Positions 26,241 through 39,699 are shown, counted from the first letter of the stretch. The stretch: DNA of 64,000 nt from Eledone cirrhosa (GCA_964016885.1 OZ024743.1:69936001-70000000), one strand, 5' to 3'. Numbers and translations: made by a program. The notes: generated by a model not told the origin, from the sequence alone.

Positions 26241-26562
26241 AAGAGGGACATCCCCCAACTATATAAACCTTAATCTAGTTAGAAAAATATAAAAACAATC
26301 TCTTCTCAACATATATTAATAACCTTAAATTACCATACTAATAATGAAAAGATATGCTGATGAGAATAGGTACAAATATGCGATAATGAATGTGTCTAAA
26401 AACGTCCATAAGTATGTATATATATGTGAAAATGTATATAAATAAGTAAATATATATATATGTTTGATGTGTATAGTTAGATGTAAGTGTATTCATGTAT
26501 TAAAGTGCTTATATATATATATATATGTATATGTGTGTATATGTATGTTTGTGTATGTATGC

Positions 26563-26622
<60 letters not shown>

Positions 26623-27188
26623 GTGTATGTATATATGTGTATATGGATGTGTATGTATGTGTATGTGTGTACACATGGACTAGAGTATGTATGTATATAT
26701 GTGTGTGTCTATACGTGTGTATATAAAGATAAGCTGAGTATGAAAATGTATACACATGAGCGCGTATGTATGTACATGAATACATGTGTGTATATATATG
26801 TGTATGCATGTGTATATATATGTAAGTATGAATATGTGAATTGTGTGTATATGTATTTTGTAGAGGTGTGCAAATATATTTGTGTGTGAATGCGTGGGTG
26901 AAAGGATACGTACACTTGAAAGAAAAATTTAAGCCTGAATGTTAATTAAGTGCAAACACAAAACCAACCACGCATATCTTCACTATCTCTAATCCTTCTA
27001 TAGATTTAGAAAAATAACCAATAATATATTCTATAAAAAATGTCAAAACAACAGATGGGAATCTAATTACTCACTGCCACCAAGAATTCTCACTGCTATC
27101 GAAAAACCACTCCTTCAACTATTCTTCTAACAACTTCACCCCTCCCTCCTAATATTCTCTATAAAAACTAAATAGGTCCTCAGTAATA

Positions 27189-27305
27189 TTATTCTGATGA
27201 AATGACAGTAAATAATAACATTGAAATATTGAATGTCTGCATAACTAAAAGTTTGTAGATAGCTGTTTTAGGTTATGTAACTGTTATAGAAACACGTGTC
27301 AATAA
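27189..27305 (+). ncRNA. Type I hammerhead with long stem II
   Basis: ttatt-CTGATGA-aatgacagt..actgttata-GAAAC-acgt-GTC-aataa. Palindromic loop 3. Confidence 0.8.
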
Positions 27306-27339
27306 ATTCCTTTCAACTAAACTGTATCCATTCAAATCT

Positions 27340-27506
<167 letters not shown>

Positions 27507-27586
27507 AGTCCGAGTTGAATCGGAGGTAACCACAGTAAGTAAGGTACTCAATACATAGCAGAGTATAAAAGTTTTAATATAGAAGA

Positions 27587-27635
27587 GCGTCTACAGGACT
27601 AGAACTGTTTCATTCTTGAGAAATCATCAGGGAGC
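27587..27635 (-). ncRNA. Minimal type I hammerhead (family A, weak stem I)
   Basis: CTGATGA-tttctcaagaat-GAAACAG..CTGTA. Confidence 0.65.
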
Positions 27636-27773
27636 TGACTGTCCAAGTAAGTAGTGGTATTTATATCTTTTCGTTTCTGGTGGTAGGAGAGGGTGGGGAT
27701 TGGGATGGGTGTAGGTCATTGGTTGAAGGATTTAAAAAGAGGGAGTATATAAATATGTGTGTGTGTGTGTGTG

Positions 27774-27850
<77 letters not shown>

Positions 27851-28190
27851 GCACACACATATACGCGCGCATAATTATATATATATATATATATATATAC
27901 ATATATATACTCTTTTGCCTGTTTCCAGCGATCCGGCGTTTCGTTTATATGTATTTAGAATTTTATTGTTTATCGACCTGTCTTGCGCGTTTTGAAGAGG
28001 ATTGGCTCAGGGTCAACCATAAAAGTTATGGACCCGATTTCATTGATGTTTCTCTTGATTACCCGATAACCTCAGGGCCCTGGTGCGCTTAAGTTGCACT
28101 CTAGCTGCATGCCACTCAGCGAAACTGTACAGTCGGGACTTTGATGAAAATAAATTAGGTAGATTTATTTTATCTTCGCATTTATGATTG

Positions 28191-28247
<57 letters not shown>

Positions 28248-28339
28248 GTATTTCCGTAGGAAGAGTAAAGGAAAGGAGAGTGTTCTATGTAGGCTACAGA
28301 GATATTTAGTTACGTATTAAACAACATGAGACAAATATT

Positions 28340-28408
28340 TCAATTACCAAATGTTTCACGAAGACAGGCGAACTCAACAGAAACGTCTGAAATCGCTCAT
28401 CAGAATGA
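28340..28408 (-). ncRNA. Type I hammerhead
   Basis: tcatt-CTGATGA-gcga..tcgt-GAAAC-atttg-GTA-attga. Confidence 0.65.
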
Positions 28409-28423
28409 TGTTGTTTATTACAT

Positions 28424-28507
<84 letters not shown>

Positions 28508-28601
28508 TATATATAATATATATATAATATATATATATATAATATATAATATATATATATATAATATATATATATATAATATATATATATATTTAATATA
28601 T

Positions 28602-28679
<78 letters not shown>

Positions 28680-28691
28680 TATATAATATAT

Positions 28692-28738
<47 letters not shown>

Positions 28739-28808
28739 TATAATATATATATAATATATATATATATATAATATATATATATAATATATATATATATATA
28801 ATATATAT

Positions 28809-28933
<125 letters not shown>

Positions 28934-28968
28934 TATATATATATATATTATATATATATATATATATA

Positions 28969-30280
28969 GTTATGAAACTAAAGGAGCTGTGTGGTTACTA
29001 AAACAAGGTTTAGGGTTAGGGTTAGGACGGAACAGGAGGAGAAAGGAAGAAAGGAGTTTCCATCGTCAGTTGTAAATGTTTCCCGAATCGATGTTTCGGC
29101 ACTGAATTACAGGACATCGGTGTAGTTCGGGTGCGGCAGAGGCCTTTTATTAATCAAAAGGCCAGGTGGAAAAGGAGAGAGAAAGAGAGAAAAAAGGGGA
29201 GAAAAAAGGAGAGTGAAAAGGAAAGAGAGTGAAAGGAGGAAGAACAGGGGGAAAAAAGATGAGGAGAGTGGAAGAAGGGGGAAGGTAAAAGGGGAAAAAA
29301 TAGGAAAGGAATAGGAGAAAAAAGTGTACAGGTCCCATCGTGGGAAGACACAGGTAAAAGAAACATGCGAAAAAGTAACCGTGGAAAAATAAGGAAAGTA
29401 AGTAAGTTGTGTCCCTACCTGGGAGACTTTAGCCTGGTGGTCAGCTACGACTTAGAGCTGGTATAATCGTGCTGCCTCTCACATAGACAGGAGAAAGTGA
29501 GATAGAGACCCGGGCAACCAAAAGTGAGGAGGAGAAGGGAAAGGGAGATAACCCTTAAGGGTTTTTACGACGGTGGTAAAAACGTGTCGCAAAGATTGCG
29601 GACAGAGAGGCCACTTCGACACGTGTAAACATCTAAACAATCAATACCGAACGGATTAATAGATAGAGAGAGAGGAAATACGAGAGTGAGGAGGAGAAGG
29701 GAGGGAGAATGGAGGGTCAATGCGATGGGTGGATGGAACACAGATCGACCAAAGCAGGTAGGGTCACAGCGGTAAATACAAAAAGTTATGAAACGAAAGG
29801 AGCTGTGTGGTTACTAATACAAGGTTTAGCATGGTGGTTAGGACGGAACAACCAAAAGTGAGGAGGAGAAGGGAAAGAGAGATAATCCAGGCCGTGGTGG
29901 CAATCTTTGCGGCACGTTTTTACCACTGTCGTAAAAAAAACCTTCTGGATTATCTCCCTTTCCCTTCTCCTCCTCACTTATGGTTGCCCGTGTCTCCCTC
30001 TCACTTTCTCCTGTCTATGTGAGAGGCAGCACGATTATACCAGCTCTGAGTCGTAGCTGACCACCAGGCTAAAGTCTCCCAGGTTGGCCATAACTTACTT
30101 TCCCTGTTTTTCCACGGTTACTTTTTTGCATGTTTCTTTCACCTGTGTCTTCCACGATGGGACCTGTACACTTTTTTTCTCCTATTCCTTTCCTATTTTT
30201 CCCCTTTTCCCTTCCCCCCTTCTTCCTCTCCTCATCTTTTTACCCCTGTTCTTCCTCCTTTCCCTCTCTTTCTTTCTATT
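28969..30280 (-). mobile_element. Retrozyme-like element family 2 (about 816-nt monomer, terminal redundancy) plus inverted partial copy
   Basis: gttatgaaac..aaggagctgtgtggttacta..ttaggacggaaca occurs at about 28969 and 29785. About 29905-30280 is an inverted copy of about 29220-29600. Non-coding and pyrimidine-rich on the minus strand; abuts (TA)n. Confidence 0.65.
29060..29134 (-). ncRNA. Non-circularly permuted hammerhead ribozyme candidate (family 2)
   Basis: Minus strand: gcac-ccgaa..CGATGT-C-ctgtaa..gtgc-c-GAA-ACATCG-a-ttcggg..ttacaa-CTGACGA. Same strand order and accessory helices as family 1, with unrelated sequence. GUC triplet. Confidence 0.72.
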
Positions 30281-30418
30281 TCAGGATTGAAATAGCCGTC
30301 GGAACGGCTTAAGCTCTGCCGTCGGGGTTAAACATTTCCCTATTCCCCACTCTACTACCCTAACTATTGAGTACTCTGGTGCGTTATGATCCATCTGGTT
30401 CCTTACCACACTTCCTTC

Positions 30419-30480
<62 letters not shown>

Positions 30481-30589
30481 TATGTATACATACATACATA
30501 TAAGTATACAGACGTACAGTAGTATGTATATATATATACATACAGGCACACATATATATGTACGTATATATATGTACTGTACGTCTGAA

Positions 30590-30627
<38 letters not shown>

Positions 30628-30653
30628 GTATATATATGTACTGTACGTCTATA

Positions 30654-30717
<64 letters not shown>

Positions 30718-32551
30718 CACCATTTATGTTTAGTTATTTACCAATCGGTATATGGGTAGAACTGGTGATTCTTGTCAGTAATATACTCGGTCACTAGTAA
30801 CATATTTTCTTTTGATTTTGCGGAGATGAGTAGGATTGTCACCACATTTCCGTTCTCAATATAAACGTATATATGTGCACAATCATTCAATACTTTACTT
30901 TCAAGAATATTTGATATTATGATTAAAGTTAACGACATTTGTAATTGTACACTGTCAACACATAAATATTTATATTTCTTCAGAATTCATCTTCTCTACA
31001 TTTATTATTCCTAATTAATTTTTCTTAATTTATTTAACGTGAAACTCACACCTAAATTTTGCAATTTTTTCAGTATTTATAATTTTTGTATATTTCGTTA
31101 ATCTTATGATGTTTGTAATCTTTATAATATTTCATAACTGGTTAGAACATGTTATGTTTTATTACTTTATAGAATGTATATAGTTTCATGCGCATTTATC
31201 GTGCTTTAACTCTATAAATCTTGACCGTCAGTCTACGTTCGTTTTCGGCCAATGATGAAATTGTCTAAGTCTTGTATCATGATCGCATGATGAAAATTAG
31301 ACATCGAAATATGTAAGTGTTTGGTCCACTGAATCTTTTCGTGAAAGCCATGGGATTAACCCCCTCCTGGTTGCAAATTACAAATAAATACGTGTTTATA
31401 TTTCTGTCTGCTTATTTATATTTATACCTGTGGCGTAGTCCGAGAGGTTCAGTTCATTAATATAGAATGCTGTGTTCGATTGACAGACAGGACGACGCAT
31501 TTTATTCTTAAGCAACAAGCTCTCTTTCATGTTCTTCCTATCCACACAGCTGAGTTAAAACTATAATTCACCGAACTGAATCTCTCTTAGAACTACATAA
31601 AGCTGGCATATACTTGTGGAATGCTCAGCCACTTCCACTAGCAAGGGTTGGTTGATTTAATTAACTCGTTTCGAAGTCATTAAATAAAGTATCAGTCCAG
31701 TTCTAAGGTGAATTCTTCCTGTAATTCATAGTGACTCTCCTGTTTTCCACCTCTGATTCTCCTCACCCACTTCTTTCTCTAAACTCTCACCATCTCCCTC
31801 TCTCCTCTCTCATTCATTTCTCTCTCACCAATCTCTCTCTACCCACCTCTCTTTCTATCCATCTCCCACTCTTACTCATTTCTCTCTCAACAATCTCTCT
31901 TTATCCACCCCTACTCTCCTCTCTATGATCTCCCCATCTCTGTCTCTCCTCTCTCACTCACACATTTCTCTCCCAACAATCTCTCTCTATCCATCTCCCT
32001 CTCTCCACTCTTTAATCACTCTCTCTTCTCCGCACATATTTTCTCTCACTACTCTCTCTGCTGACCTTCCTCTTTCCTTTCTCTAATCTCTCCCCACACT
32101 CTCTATCATCCTCTCTCTCTCTCACCCTCTCTCTGTATATCACCCTCTCTCTCCCACCCTGTCTTCCTCTTTCTTTATCTATCTATTACTGTGGGGATAA
32201 ATCTGGTATGTTTCGACTAAGAAATGGTTTACAATGACCAAGGCAATTTGATACCAATTGATACCAAGACAAGTTGATACCATGTTGTTTGTAGTTAGTT
32301 CTATATCAATTATATTTCTAATTCTTAATTTGATTTTAATTTCTTGATTTTCATTAGTAAAATGAGAAATGATTTAGTAGAAAATTAATTTGTGATTGGT
32401 GTTGGATTACTGTGTCGGCTTTGTGTGTTTTATGACTTGTTAATTTGTAAGATATATGATGTGTTTCTCTTTATTTTGTTTTAATTTCATTTTGGTGTTG
32501 TTTTCTGGAATATTGTGTATAAATATGAAGATGTGTGTGTGTGTGCGTCTG

Positions 32552-32635
<84 letters not shown>

Positions 32636-32807
32636 TATAGATATATATAGATATATTTATGTATGTATATATATATACATATATATATATATGCGTATAT
32701 TATGTATGTACATATATATATATGCGTATATTATGTATGTATATATATATATATGTATATATATATACGATATGTCTCGGTATATAAATATACATACATA
32801 GACACAC

Positions 32808-32861
<54 letters not shown>

Positions 32862-32949
32862 ACGCTTGCAGGTTTGTGTTTATATATTTATGTTGTTATG
32901 TGTAAGATATGTCTCGATATCTCTGTCTCTCTCTCGCTCTCTCTCACTC

Positions 32950-32993
<44 letters not shown>

Positions 32994-33129
32994 CAGAAGG
33001 GATATTCAATTTGTTGGTAATTCAACAAATATAAATGTTTATAACTGATTTAGAGCAATCGACAAGTTTTTTGGGGTATAATATTCAATGATATTAAATA
33101 AATGGAAACTGTATTTATAAAAGCATATT

Positions 33130-33190
33130 TATTCTATTATATATATTTCAAGGGTACCAAAACTTTGGTACGCTTTCATCAGATAAAATA
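33130..33190 (-). ncRNA. Type I hammerhead in the left arm of the large fold-back
   Basis: tattttat-CTGATGA-aagcgtaccaa-agtt-ttggtaccctt-GAAAT-atat-ATA-atagaata. Confidence 0.8.
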
Positions 33191-35779
33191 CAAAGTTTGT
33201 TTTATAAATGTTGACATAACCAAGAAAAGATACCTTAATGGGTCAAGTTTTTCTTGGATAGTGAAGGGAAAAGAGAAGAAAAGTCAGATATTTCAAATTA
33301 TTAAGATGGGTATGCAAATGAGGTTGAGGTATAGGGCTGAAAAAACGTTATTTTAGACGCTATGCAGAATTTAAACAATTATGATATATGTGTGTATGAG
33401 TAGGAAGAAGAAAAAAGAAAGAAGAGCTTGTATTTACGTTAATTTAAAAAGAAATTAACAATTTGCGGGAATAGGGGAATTTGATTCCGGAATTTTAATT
33501 TATTTAGCTATATTATGAGTTATAATATTATATATATAATCAATTAGATTATATGAAGAATTATGGTTGTAAGTAGAGTTTATCTTATTACATTACAATA
33601 GGTTGTAAGTATATAAATATCTATATAGATTAATAATTGTGCATGTATAAGTATTATAGAAATAGAAATAATTTACAATTATGAGTTGTTTACATTTCTA
33701 ATATGAGTTACGAAGGAGTTGATTTTGCATTTTACATAAAAAACAGGTAGTTCAAGTTGTAAGAGGAGTACAATTTGTAGATTCGAATATTTTGTTCCAA
33801 CATTGAAAATGTTTTCAGAATATTGTTAATTTACTGAAGTTATATGGTTTATCATATATATATTATAATATAATGTTTATGTTTGCACAATTGAAAAGGG
33901 AAAGATAACTTTAATCTTGTTTGTTAATCGTTAAATTTGATGAATGATTTACTCATTAAATATATAGAGAAAAAGTATATATTATTTTGTGTGAGATTAA
34001 TTTCAATTATATATTATTTTAGTCGAAAAATGTGTGAAAGTTTGAAGATCAAAAGGAGAGGAAAAAAGTAATGTGCATTTCGAAGAATTATCGTAAAGAG
34101 GATAAACTTTCAGAATGTCAATTAAAGATTATCAATCTACACCTAAAAAAAAAATATTTAGAGGGGTATCATAAGGAAAATAATGTCAAAAGGTAAAAAT
34201 AGTTTTAAAAATATTAAAAAATTAAAAAATGAATGTCAAATGGTAAAAATAGTAGAAATATTAAGAAGGAAGATCTTTTAAAAAATTTTAATTTAAATTT
34301 TTAAAGAAAATAGGATCATTTTGAAGGTGTATAAGATATATTCAAGTGTAATGAATATCATAAATTAAAAATACTTCTGAAAGTGGAATTTTGGCGATGT
34401 CTGCAAGTAGAAAATCATTCTGTTTTAAGATTAATAGAGTTTTGACAGTTAATTGTACAAAACATTTCCTCGATACATAAGTTACAGAATCTTAAGAAAG
34501 CCTATTTTCGCTATGCAGGTGCTTTCGAAATCGTTCCGCAAGATATTGAATAGTCTATATTGTTATCTTTTAAGTTCCAAATTAAATGTGAAGGTGAACA
34601 GAAGTATGTTTAATATTCATTACATTTGACTATATCTTATACACCTTCAAAATGATCCTATTTTCTTTAAAAATTTAAATTCAAATTTTTAAAATGATCT
34701 TGCTTCTTAATTTTTTAATAGTTCTACTATTTTTACCATTTGACATTAATATTTATATTTTTTTTACTATTTTTACCTTTTGACATTATTTTCCTAATGA
34801 TACCCCTCTAAATATATTTTTTTTAGATATAGATTGATAATCTTTAATTGACATTTTGAAAGTTTATCCTCTTTACGATAGTTCTTCGAAATACAAATTA
34901 CTTTTTTCCTCTCCCTTTGATCTTCAAACTTTCACACATTTTTCGACTAAAATAATATATAATTGAAATTAATCTCACACAAAATAATATATAATTTTTC
35001 TCTATATATTTTCTGAGTAAATCATTCATCAAATTTAATGGTTAACAAACAAGATTGAAGTTATCTTTCCCTTTTCAATTGTGCAAACATAAACATTATA
35101 TTATAATATAATATGTATGATAAACTATATAACTTCGCTAAATTAACAATATTCTGAAAACATTTTCAATGTTGGAACAAAATATTCGAATCTACAAATT
35201 GTTCTCCTCTTACAACTTGAACTACCTGTTTTTTATGGAAAATGCAAAATCAACTTCATTCGTAACTCATATTAGAATTGTAAACAACTAATAATTGTAA
35301 ATTATTTCTATTTCTATAATACTTATACATGCACAATTATTAATCTATATAGATATTTATAAACTTACAACCTATTATAATGTAATAAGATAAAATCTAC
35401 TTACAACCATAATTCTTCATATAATCTAATTGATTATATATACAATATTATAACTCATGATATAGCTAAGTAAATTAAAATTCTGGAATCATATTCCACC
35501 ATTCCCGCAAATTGTTAATTACTTTCTTCAAATTAACGTAAATACAAGCTCTTCTTTCTTTTTTCTTCTTCCTACTCATACACACATATATCCTAATTGT
35601 TTAAATTCTGTATAGCGTCTAACATAACGTTTTTTTAGCCCTATACCTCAACCTCATTTGCATACTCATCTTAATAATTTGAAATATCTGACTTTTCTTC
35701 TCTTTTCCCTTCACTATCCAAGAAAAACTTTAACCGTTAAGGTATCTTGGTTATGTCAAAATTTATACAATAAACTTCG

Positions 35780-35840
35780 TATTGTATCTGATGAGAGCGT
35801 TCCAAAGTTTTGGTACCCTTGAAATATATATAATAGAATA
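35780..35840 (+). ncRNA. Type I hammerhead in the right arm of the large fold-back
   Basis: tattgtat-CTGATGA-gagcg..ccctt-GAAAT-atat-ATA-atagaata. Confidence 0.75.
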
Positions 35841-35885
35841 AATATGCTTTTATAAATATAGTTTCCATTTATTTAATATCAATGA

Positions 35886-35931
<46 letters not shown>

Positions 35932-36821
35932 AGAGAGAGAGAGAGGAGAGAGAGGGAGCGAGACATCTAGATATATCTTCTCCGTAATTCTATATTTTGG
36001 CAGATTCTTTTGCCAACTGTCTATACGATAGGTGCATAGTTAACCGTAGAGTATTATGTTGCACACATATCTAATTTAGCTGTTTAATTCTTTAAGCAGT
36101 CATATTTAATATTCCTATGTTTTATTTAGAACATTTGTCATTTCCTATATATTCTCTAACTTAACATGTTTCTAATGTTGGTAGATTCTTTTTTGTTTCA
36201 TACTATTGTTATATGTTTTAAATATACAATATATCATTAATATTATTTTAGTACTTGATATATATTTCCTTATTTGATTTATATGTTATATTAGATTTTG
36301 CTCTCGTCTGAGAAGACATATTCTTCTATTATATAAGCAGGATATATTTGATTCCCGTGGTATATTTTAAATGTATTTTCTATGTGTGGTATGGCTATTA
36401 TTCTGTTTTATTCGATATTGATTTGCTCCTGTAGCTAATACTAGAATTTGGACTTCTATTGTATTGGAAAATCCGTTATTAACGTGTGAATACTTGATAT
36501 CAATTAGAGATTTCCTCCTCTTTCACTTTCTCGCTATCTTCAACTTTTCAAGAGAAAGACGTATAGCAAAGCGTTTATATATTCATCTCACGTACACTTG
36601 CAATAGAGAGAACCAATTATTTGACTTTCGATGATATGAAGTAACAGTTAATCGATGATCACCCCTATTGATCTGTTCCCAGACAGATTCAATGTGGTAC
36701 CTCTTCCCGGCAGCTAGGTGGACGGTGTAAAAAAAAATTATGACAATCAGCGTCTGCAGAACATCCAGGAAAACATCTGAGGCATATTAGAATTCCTGAA
36801 ACTAGAGTGTTACACACACAA

Positions 36822-36853
<32 letters not shown>

Positions 36854-36877
36854 GCGCACACGCACACGCACACACAC

Positions 36878-36923
<46 letters not shown>

Positions 36924-36925
36924 GG

Positions 36926-36988
<63 letters not shown>

Positions 36989-37448
36989 GTACTGTGCATT
37001 CATACATACGTATATACATAATTCATATATATATATATAGTTAGGAAAGCAGAAAATTGCTTATTGTAATCCAGTTCGTGGTTAAGATAGCCAATCTCTT
37101 GGACGGTTTCAACGTACGGTTAGGGGTAACTCCACAAGTTTGTAAGAATCACGTTCAATCTTGGAGTATAAAGAACAAAAGAGAAAACACAGGTAAGCAT
37201 TCAAAAAAGGATTTTATCCAGGTATTTACGACCGTTTCATTGTTAAGTGCAACCTTATATCGCTATACTGTAAATAGCAGCTACTAAATAATAATTGTTG
37301 TTCACCTCCAAATTTTCTAAATAATGAATAAGTTACTCGTAAAAGTTTCTTAATATATAAAAAAACATTTTTATGTAACCATTTAATGCTTACCTGTGTT
37401 TTCTCTTTTATTCGATATATATATATATTTATTAAAATAACAGATTAA

Positions 37449-37575
37449 AGTTTAAGCAAAGAATCGCTGCTTTCACCCTTAACGGAATCTTCTGAAACTA
37501 AAAAAAAATCAATCTATGAATGCTAGTTTCAGAAGATCCCGTTAAGAGTGAAAGCAACGATTCTTTGCTTAAACT
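37449..37575. ncRNA. Inverted pair of variant hammerheads (core CAGAAGA)
   Basis: agttt-CAGAAGA-tcccgttaagggt-GAAAGCA..TGCTT-aaact. Further copies at about 6685-6735, 18802-18852 (CCGAAGA) and 55444-55486 (truncated). Confidence 0.55.
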
Positions 37576-37682
37576 TTAATCTGTTATTTAAATAAGTATT
37601 TGCTCTACGGTTCTTATATATTTGATATATTTTTATCCTTATCGAGCCCTCTTTGGATTTTAGTCTTCATATGTATTATTAT

Positions 37683-37764
<82 letters not shown>

Positions 37765-38024
37765 GGTATATATTGAGTTAGAAACTCAAAATAGTCTCTT
37801 ACAATTAAATAGCTCAAAGAAAGAGGTTTTTAACCGTGTAATATAATTTAATATAAAAGAGAGATAAACACAGATATACACATATATGTGTTCAAATCGT
37901 AAGGGACCAGATTCGCTAGTGTGAAAAAATACTAACTATAAACAATCTGGTCCTTACAATTTGAATACATATATGTTTATATCTGTGTTTATCTCTCTTT
38001 TATATTCAATTATATATATATAAA

Positions 38025-38209
38025 GGTGGTGGATTGGCAGTATCGGTAGAGGGTCGGACGCCATGCTTTGACGCAAAGCGTTACGGTCCTTTCCATTCTG
38101 AGTTCAAATCCTGCCGAGGTTAACTTTGCCTTTCATCCTTACGGGGTCGATAAAATAATGTACCAGTAATACACTGGTTAATGGCTGGCCTTGTGCCAAA
38201 AGTAGAAAC

Positions 38210-38214
<5 letters not shown>
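38025..38214 (+). mobile_element. tRNA-derived SINE, full length
   Basis: ggtggattggcagtatcggtagagggtcggacg..gagttcaaatcc..agtagaaacaatta. Confidence 0.9.
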
Positions 38215-38264
<50 letters not shown>

Positions 38265-38641
38265 AAAATGTTCAGGACCCCGACGGCAGAGCTCAGCCGT
38301 TTCAGGCCGTCGAAAAGGCTTCAGCTCTGCCGTCGGGGTCCTGAACATTTTCCTATATATATATATATCAAGTCAGTTGTCTAACCTGATTAGTTTTTTC
38401 GTTGTTTGGGGTATTGTGTGGCTAGGTCTATCTGCCGCAATTTTCAATTTGTCAAGCTGTCTAAACCTATGTTATTACTCTAAGGCCTACTGCCTTATTG
38501 AGTGCTTTGCTGCTTATTCCTAATTGTAGGTCGTTAGCTTAGCCACAGCCAAAGCTTCAACTTTACTAACCTTCCACTTGTATATATATATATATAGTGA
38601 CGAAACATAAGTCAATTGCATGAACTCATAATCCTTTATTT

Positions 38642-38697
38642 ACTGCTATATATATGTCGATGATAGCCATTGAATGGCTATGATCTCATCAGGCAGT
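38642..38697 (-). ncRNA. Hammerhead (family B), core GAAA mutated to GACA
   Basis: actgc-CTGATGA-gatcatagccat-tca-atggctatcatc-GACAT-atat-ATA-gcagt. Confidence 0.6.
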
Positions 38698-38755
38698 TAG
38701 TCAGTTCTTAGATATGCCAGCTCTGTGTTTATAGTGTTGATGGTATCAGAGCCTT

Positions 38756-38803
<48 letters not shown>

Positions 38804-38808
38804 CCTTG

Positions 38809-38847
<39 letters not shown>

Positions 38848-39066
38848 GTCACAAATGTGACATATACAGGTACTTAAGTTTCGTTGGATTATACGCCCCA
38901 ACTCATTTAGCCTCATATAACAAGCTGAATAGATTGGGCTGCATAACCCAACTAAACTTAAGTATCTGTATATGTAACTGTTTATACTTAACCCCTCTTA
39001 TAGACCGAGTCATCTCACACTTGGATATTATTACGAAACGTGCACATATATAGATATACACATATA

Positions 39067-39344
39067 CAGTAGTCTCCCAGAAATCGTGGGGGTAACGTTC
39101 TTAGAGCACCCGTGAAGAGTTAAAAACCGCGGATCTTGGACGTGGTCAATAAAAGTCAAAATATAACGTAAAATATAATTTAAAAAAAGAGGGACCGTTT
39201 TATGCGAAGGGGGTCCAATAGGCCGGCAAATCCGATATGTTATTAATAATTTAGCGTTAAAATTTTTTTTTTTTTGCCACGAATAAAGCCTTTAAAGAAT
39301 TGCGAAAGAGATTTGCAATTCCACGAATATGCGGTGGTACACTG
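39067..39344. mobile_element. Tc1/mariner (pogo/Tigger-like) MITE
   Basis: TA-cagtagtctcccagaaatcgtgg ... ccacgaatatgcggtggtacactg-TA. Imperfect CAGT TIRs with TA TSD. Confidence 0.65.
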
Positions 39345-39559
39345 TATATATATATATATATGGAAAGTTATATTTAAATTGTTGGGTTACAACTAGTAAA
39401 TATTTATAACTGATATAAAAGCAATCGACAAGTATTTGGAGTATATTTACAATATTAAATAAATGGAAACTATATTTATAAAACCATATTTATTTCATTA
39501 TATATATTTCAGGGATATCATATTAACAATATGCTATGCCTTCCTGAGACAAAATACAA

Positions 39560-39699
39560 TATAAACAGTTTTATAGATAAATAGATTTGACATACCGTAA
39601 CAACATCGACTTGTATTTGAAAAGTTGAATTGCCAATTCAACTTTTCAAATACAAGTCGATGTTGTTACGGTATGTCAAATCTATTTATCTATAAAACT

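Larger units (their letters stand above)
32990..35880 (-). mobile_element. PLE forming a 2.8-kb fold-back (arms about 33090-34358 and 34613-35880)
   Basis: The arms are reverse complements, each with an HHR. The spacer on the minus strand reads IWNLKDNNIDYSI..KAPA*..FCNLCIEE..STCRHR (PLE C-terminus). Confidence 0.85.

Noticed and set aside
26353-26410. Additional HHR-like motifs (also 28059-28138, about 31250-31318, about 55735-55792, about 4195-4228)
   Set aside because: Cores or stems are too damaged (e.g. AAAAC for GAAAC, CCGATAA, unpaired stem I). Probably decayed relics, so not called as ribozymes.
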